From the NCBI GenBank assembly GCA_022072255.1, contig JAJVHZ010000011.1, positions 39,540 through 103,539 on the forward strand: 64,000 nucleotides of DNA, read 5' to 3'. The position numbers and the translations under genes are program-made. This document shows, in pieces, positions 62,665 to 64,000 of this stretch. The notes under the pieces were generated by a model. The model did no database searches. It was not told the DNA's origin and saw only the letters and a program-made list of their open reading frames with translations. Each line of letters starts with the position of its first letter. Position 1 is the stretch's first letter. Source of the DNA: Gammaproteobacteria bacterium. GTDB taxonomy: Bacteria; Pseudomonadota; Gammaproteobacteria; JAJPIJ01.

Positions 62665-63535
62665 GTGGTTCACTGCCATGGCAGGGCTGGGAGAGTCCAA
62701 TCCCGCCGTCGGAGTTCAGAATGTCGAACGATGGCGGAATGGAGCGACGATCTCGACACCGGACAGGCTTGCCGAGGAGGTGCCGGTGGCCCTGGTCTAC
62801 AGCGGTATTCCCTACGTGGTCATGCTGGCCACACCGCTCGACCTGGAGGACTTCGCGATCGGTTTCAGCCTGAGCGAGCAGGTGGTCGAATCCCGGGGAG
62901 AGATCAGGTCGATCACGATAGGGGAGCGTGCCCCAGGAGTGCAGGTCGAGTTGTGCATACCGCGGGAGCGCCTGCTCACCCTTGCCGCGCGCCAGCGCAA
63001 CCTCGCCGGCCGTACCGGATGCGGGCTGTGCGGGACTCAGCATCTGGAGGAGGCCATACGCCATCCTTCGCGCGCGGCGAGCGGCATTTGGCAGTTGCCG
63101 GCGGCCGAGATGCACGAGCGCCTGCGAGACCTCCCTCGCTGGCAGGCCATCAATGCAGCGACCGGTGCGCTGCATGCCGCCGCCTGGGTACGCCCCGGAG
63201 AGGAGATCGGTCTGGTGCGCGAGGATATAGGCCGTCACAACGCGCTGGACAAGCTCATCGGCGCTCTCGCCCGCGCCACGCAGGATTTCTCCGGCGGCTA
63301 TGTCATCGTCACCAGCCGCGCGAGTTACGAGATGGTGCAGAAGGTGGCGTCGGTGGGCATACCGATGCTGGTCGCCGTATCGGCCCCGACCGTGCTGGCC
63401 ACCCGCATCGCCGAGGAGGCCGGCGTGACGCTGGTCGGATTCGGGCGCGAGGCCAGCCACGTGGTGTACACCCATTCCAATCGACTTCAATCCACCGCTA
63501 GCGGCGATACGCAATGCACATCGAACGTCTCGTGA
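62648..63535 (+). CDS. fdhD: Formate dehydrogenase accessory sulfurtransferase FdhD (FdsC)
   Basis: EVPVALVYSGIPYVVMLATPLDLEDFAIGFSLSE and GCGLCG motifs. Alternative start at 62678, just after the fdsA stop. Confidence 0.85.
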   Translation: MACAPEWFTAMAGLGESNPAVGVQNVERWRNGATISTPDRLAEEVPVALVYSGIPYVVMLATPLDLEDFAIGFSLSEQVVESRGEIRSITIGERAPGVQVELCIPRERLLTLAARQRNLAGRTGCGLCGTQHLEEAIRHPSRAASGIWQLPAAEMHERLRDLPRWQAINAATGALHAAAWVRPGEEIGLVREDIGRHNALDKLIGALARATQDFSGGYVIVTSRASYEMVQKVASVGIPMLVAVSAPTVLATRIAEEAGVTLVGFGREASHVVYTHSNRLQSTASGDTQCTSNVS

Positions 63536-63747
63536 AAATGGCAAACGACATCGGCGATTTCTTCAAGACCGAGCCGAACCGTGTCGACGCCATCGAGGGC
63601 ATAGCCACGCACATCGCGCGTTTCTGGGATCCACGCATGCGGGAACAGATCCTCGAATATCTGAAAAAGGACGGCGGCGAACTCGATGAGATCGTGCGGG
63701 AGGCGCTGGGTCGCGTCACGGCTCCGAAGCCGCGTCACACGGCTTGA
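63514..63747 (+). CDS. fdsD: Formate dehydrogenase delta subunit FdsD
   Basis: About 70-aa protein (…MANDIGDFFKTEPNRVDAIEGIATHIARFWDPRMREQILEYL…) typical of FdsD. Alternative start at 63538. Confidence 0.7.
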   Translation: MHIERLVKMANDIGDFFKTEPNRVDAIEGIATHIARFWDPRMREQILEYLKKDGGELDEIVREALGRVTAPKPRHTA

Positions 63748-63872
63748 GGCTTTCCCGCGTTGCAGGCCGCGGCATGCCGGCGCGCCTGCCCGACACACCA
63801 GCACGTCCTCTCCACCCCGCATCGGCCGCTGGGACTCCGGGGGGATCGCCGCGACGCACGCGGCGCTTCGGT

Positions 63873-64000
63873 TACTTCAGGTCGGCGACGTCGGGCACCA
63901 CGATCGCGAACAGGTCGGCCATGCCGGCGAGACTCGCTTCATGCAGCGCCTTTGCGGAAAGAATTCGGCCGGATATCGAGGGTAGATCGCGCGTGGCAGT
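63873..64000 (-). CDS. C-terminal fragment of an unidentified protein (gene continues beyond the window end)
   Basis: Minus-strand frame ...SGRILSAKALHEASLAGMADLFAIVVPDVADLK ends with TAA at 63873. No family assignment is possible. Confidence 0.3.

Noticed and set aside
59194-62700. 1168-aa minus-strand ORF opposite fdsA
   Set aside because: Antisense to the fdsA gene, which has clear Fe-S and MopB motifs.

Overview
This is a GC-rich (~67%) proteobacterial chromosomal segment, mostly core genome, with synteny typical of Gammaproteobacteria. Left to right: (i) a glycine-betaine/choline uptake and catabolism locus (etfAB, dimethylglycine dehydrogenase, choline kinase-like protein, proVWX-type ABC transporter, divergent DeoR regulator); (ii) a small accessory-looking stretch (MarR regulator with duplicated operator palindromes, a secreted SnoaL-like protein, a cassette of a small secreted Cys-protein plus a polytopic membrane protein with an unassigned C-terminal domain, an SDR gene flanked by a tRNA-CAU gene and a degenerate copy of its 3' half); (iii) the macromolecular-synthesis operon rpsU-yqeY-dnaG-rpoD with divergent tsaD, then plsY, folB, a MidA-type methyltransferase, a histone H1-like K/A-rich protein, tag, an AAA ATPase, cca, an epimerase and slt; (iv) a translationally coupled operon of unknown pathway (nitroreductase, asparaginase-II-family, YjbQ, PQQ-dehydrogenase, membrane protein) preceded by a bacterial cereblon-like CULT-domain gene; (v) hemH, ybbAP/tesA, NUDIX, cysDN, HIT, rho-trxA-rhlB, an esterase, lptM-lysA, glnA (sigma-54 promoter and terminator) with ntrBC, hemB, and a soluble NAD-dependent formate dehydrogenase operon fdsGBACD. 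No CRISPR array, integrase or transposase was seen. The most unusual items are the membrane-protein cassette next to the tRNA and its degenerate duplicate, the MarR operator pair, the CULT-domain gene, and the tightly overlapping five-gene operon. Several very long ORFs in the track are antisense artefacts of high GC content.
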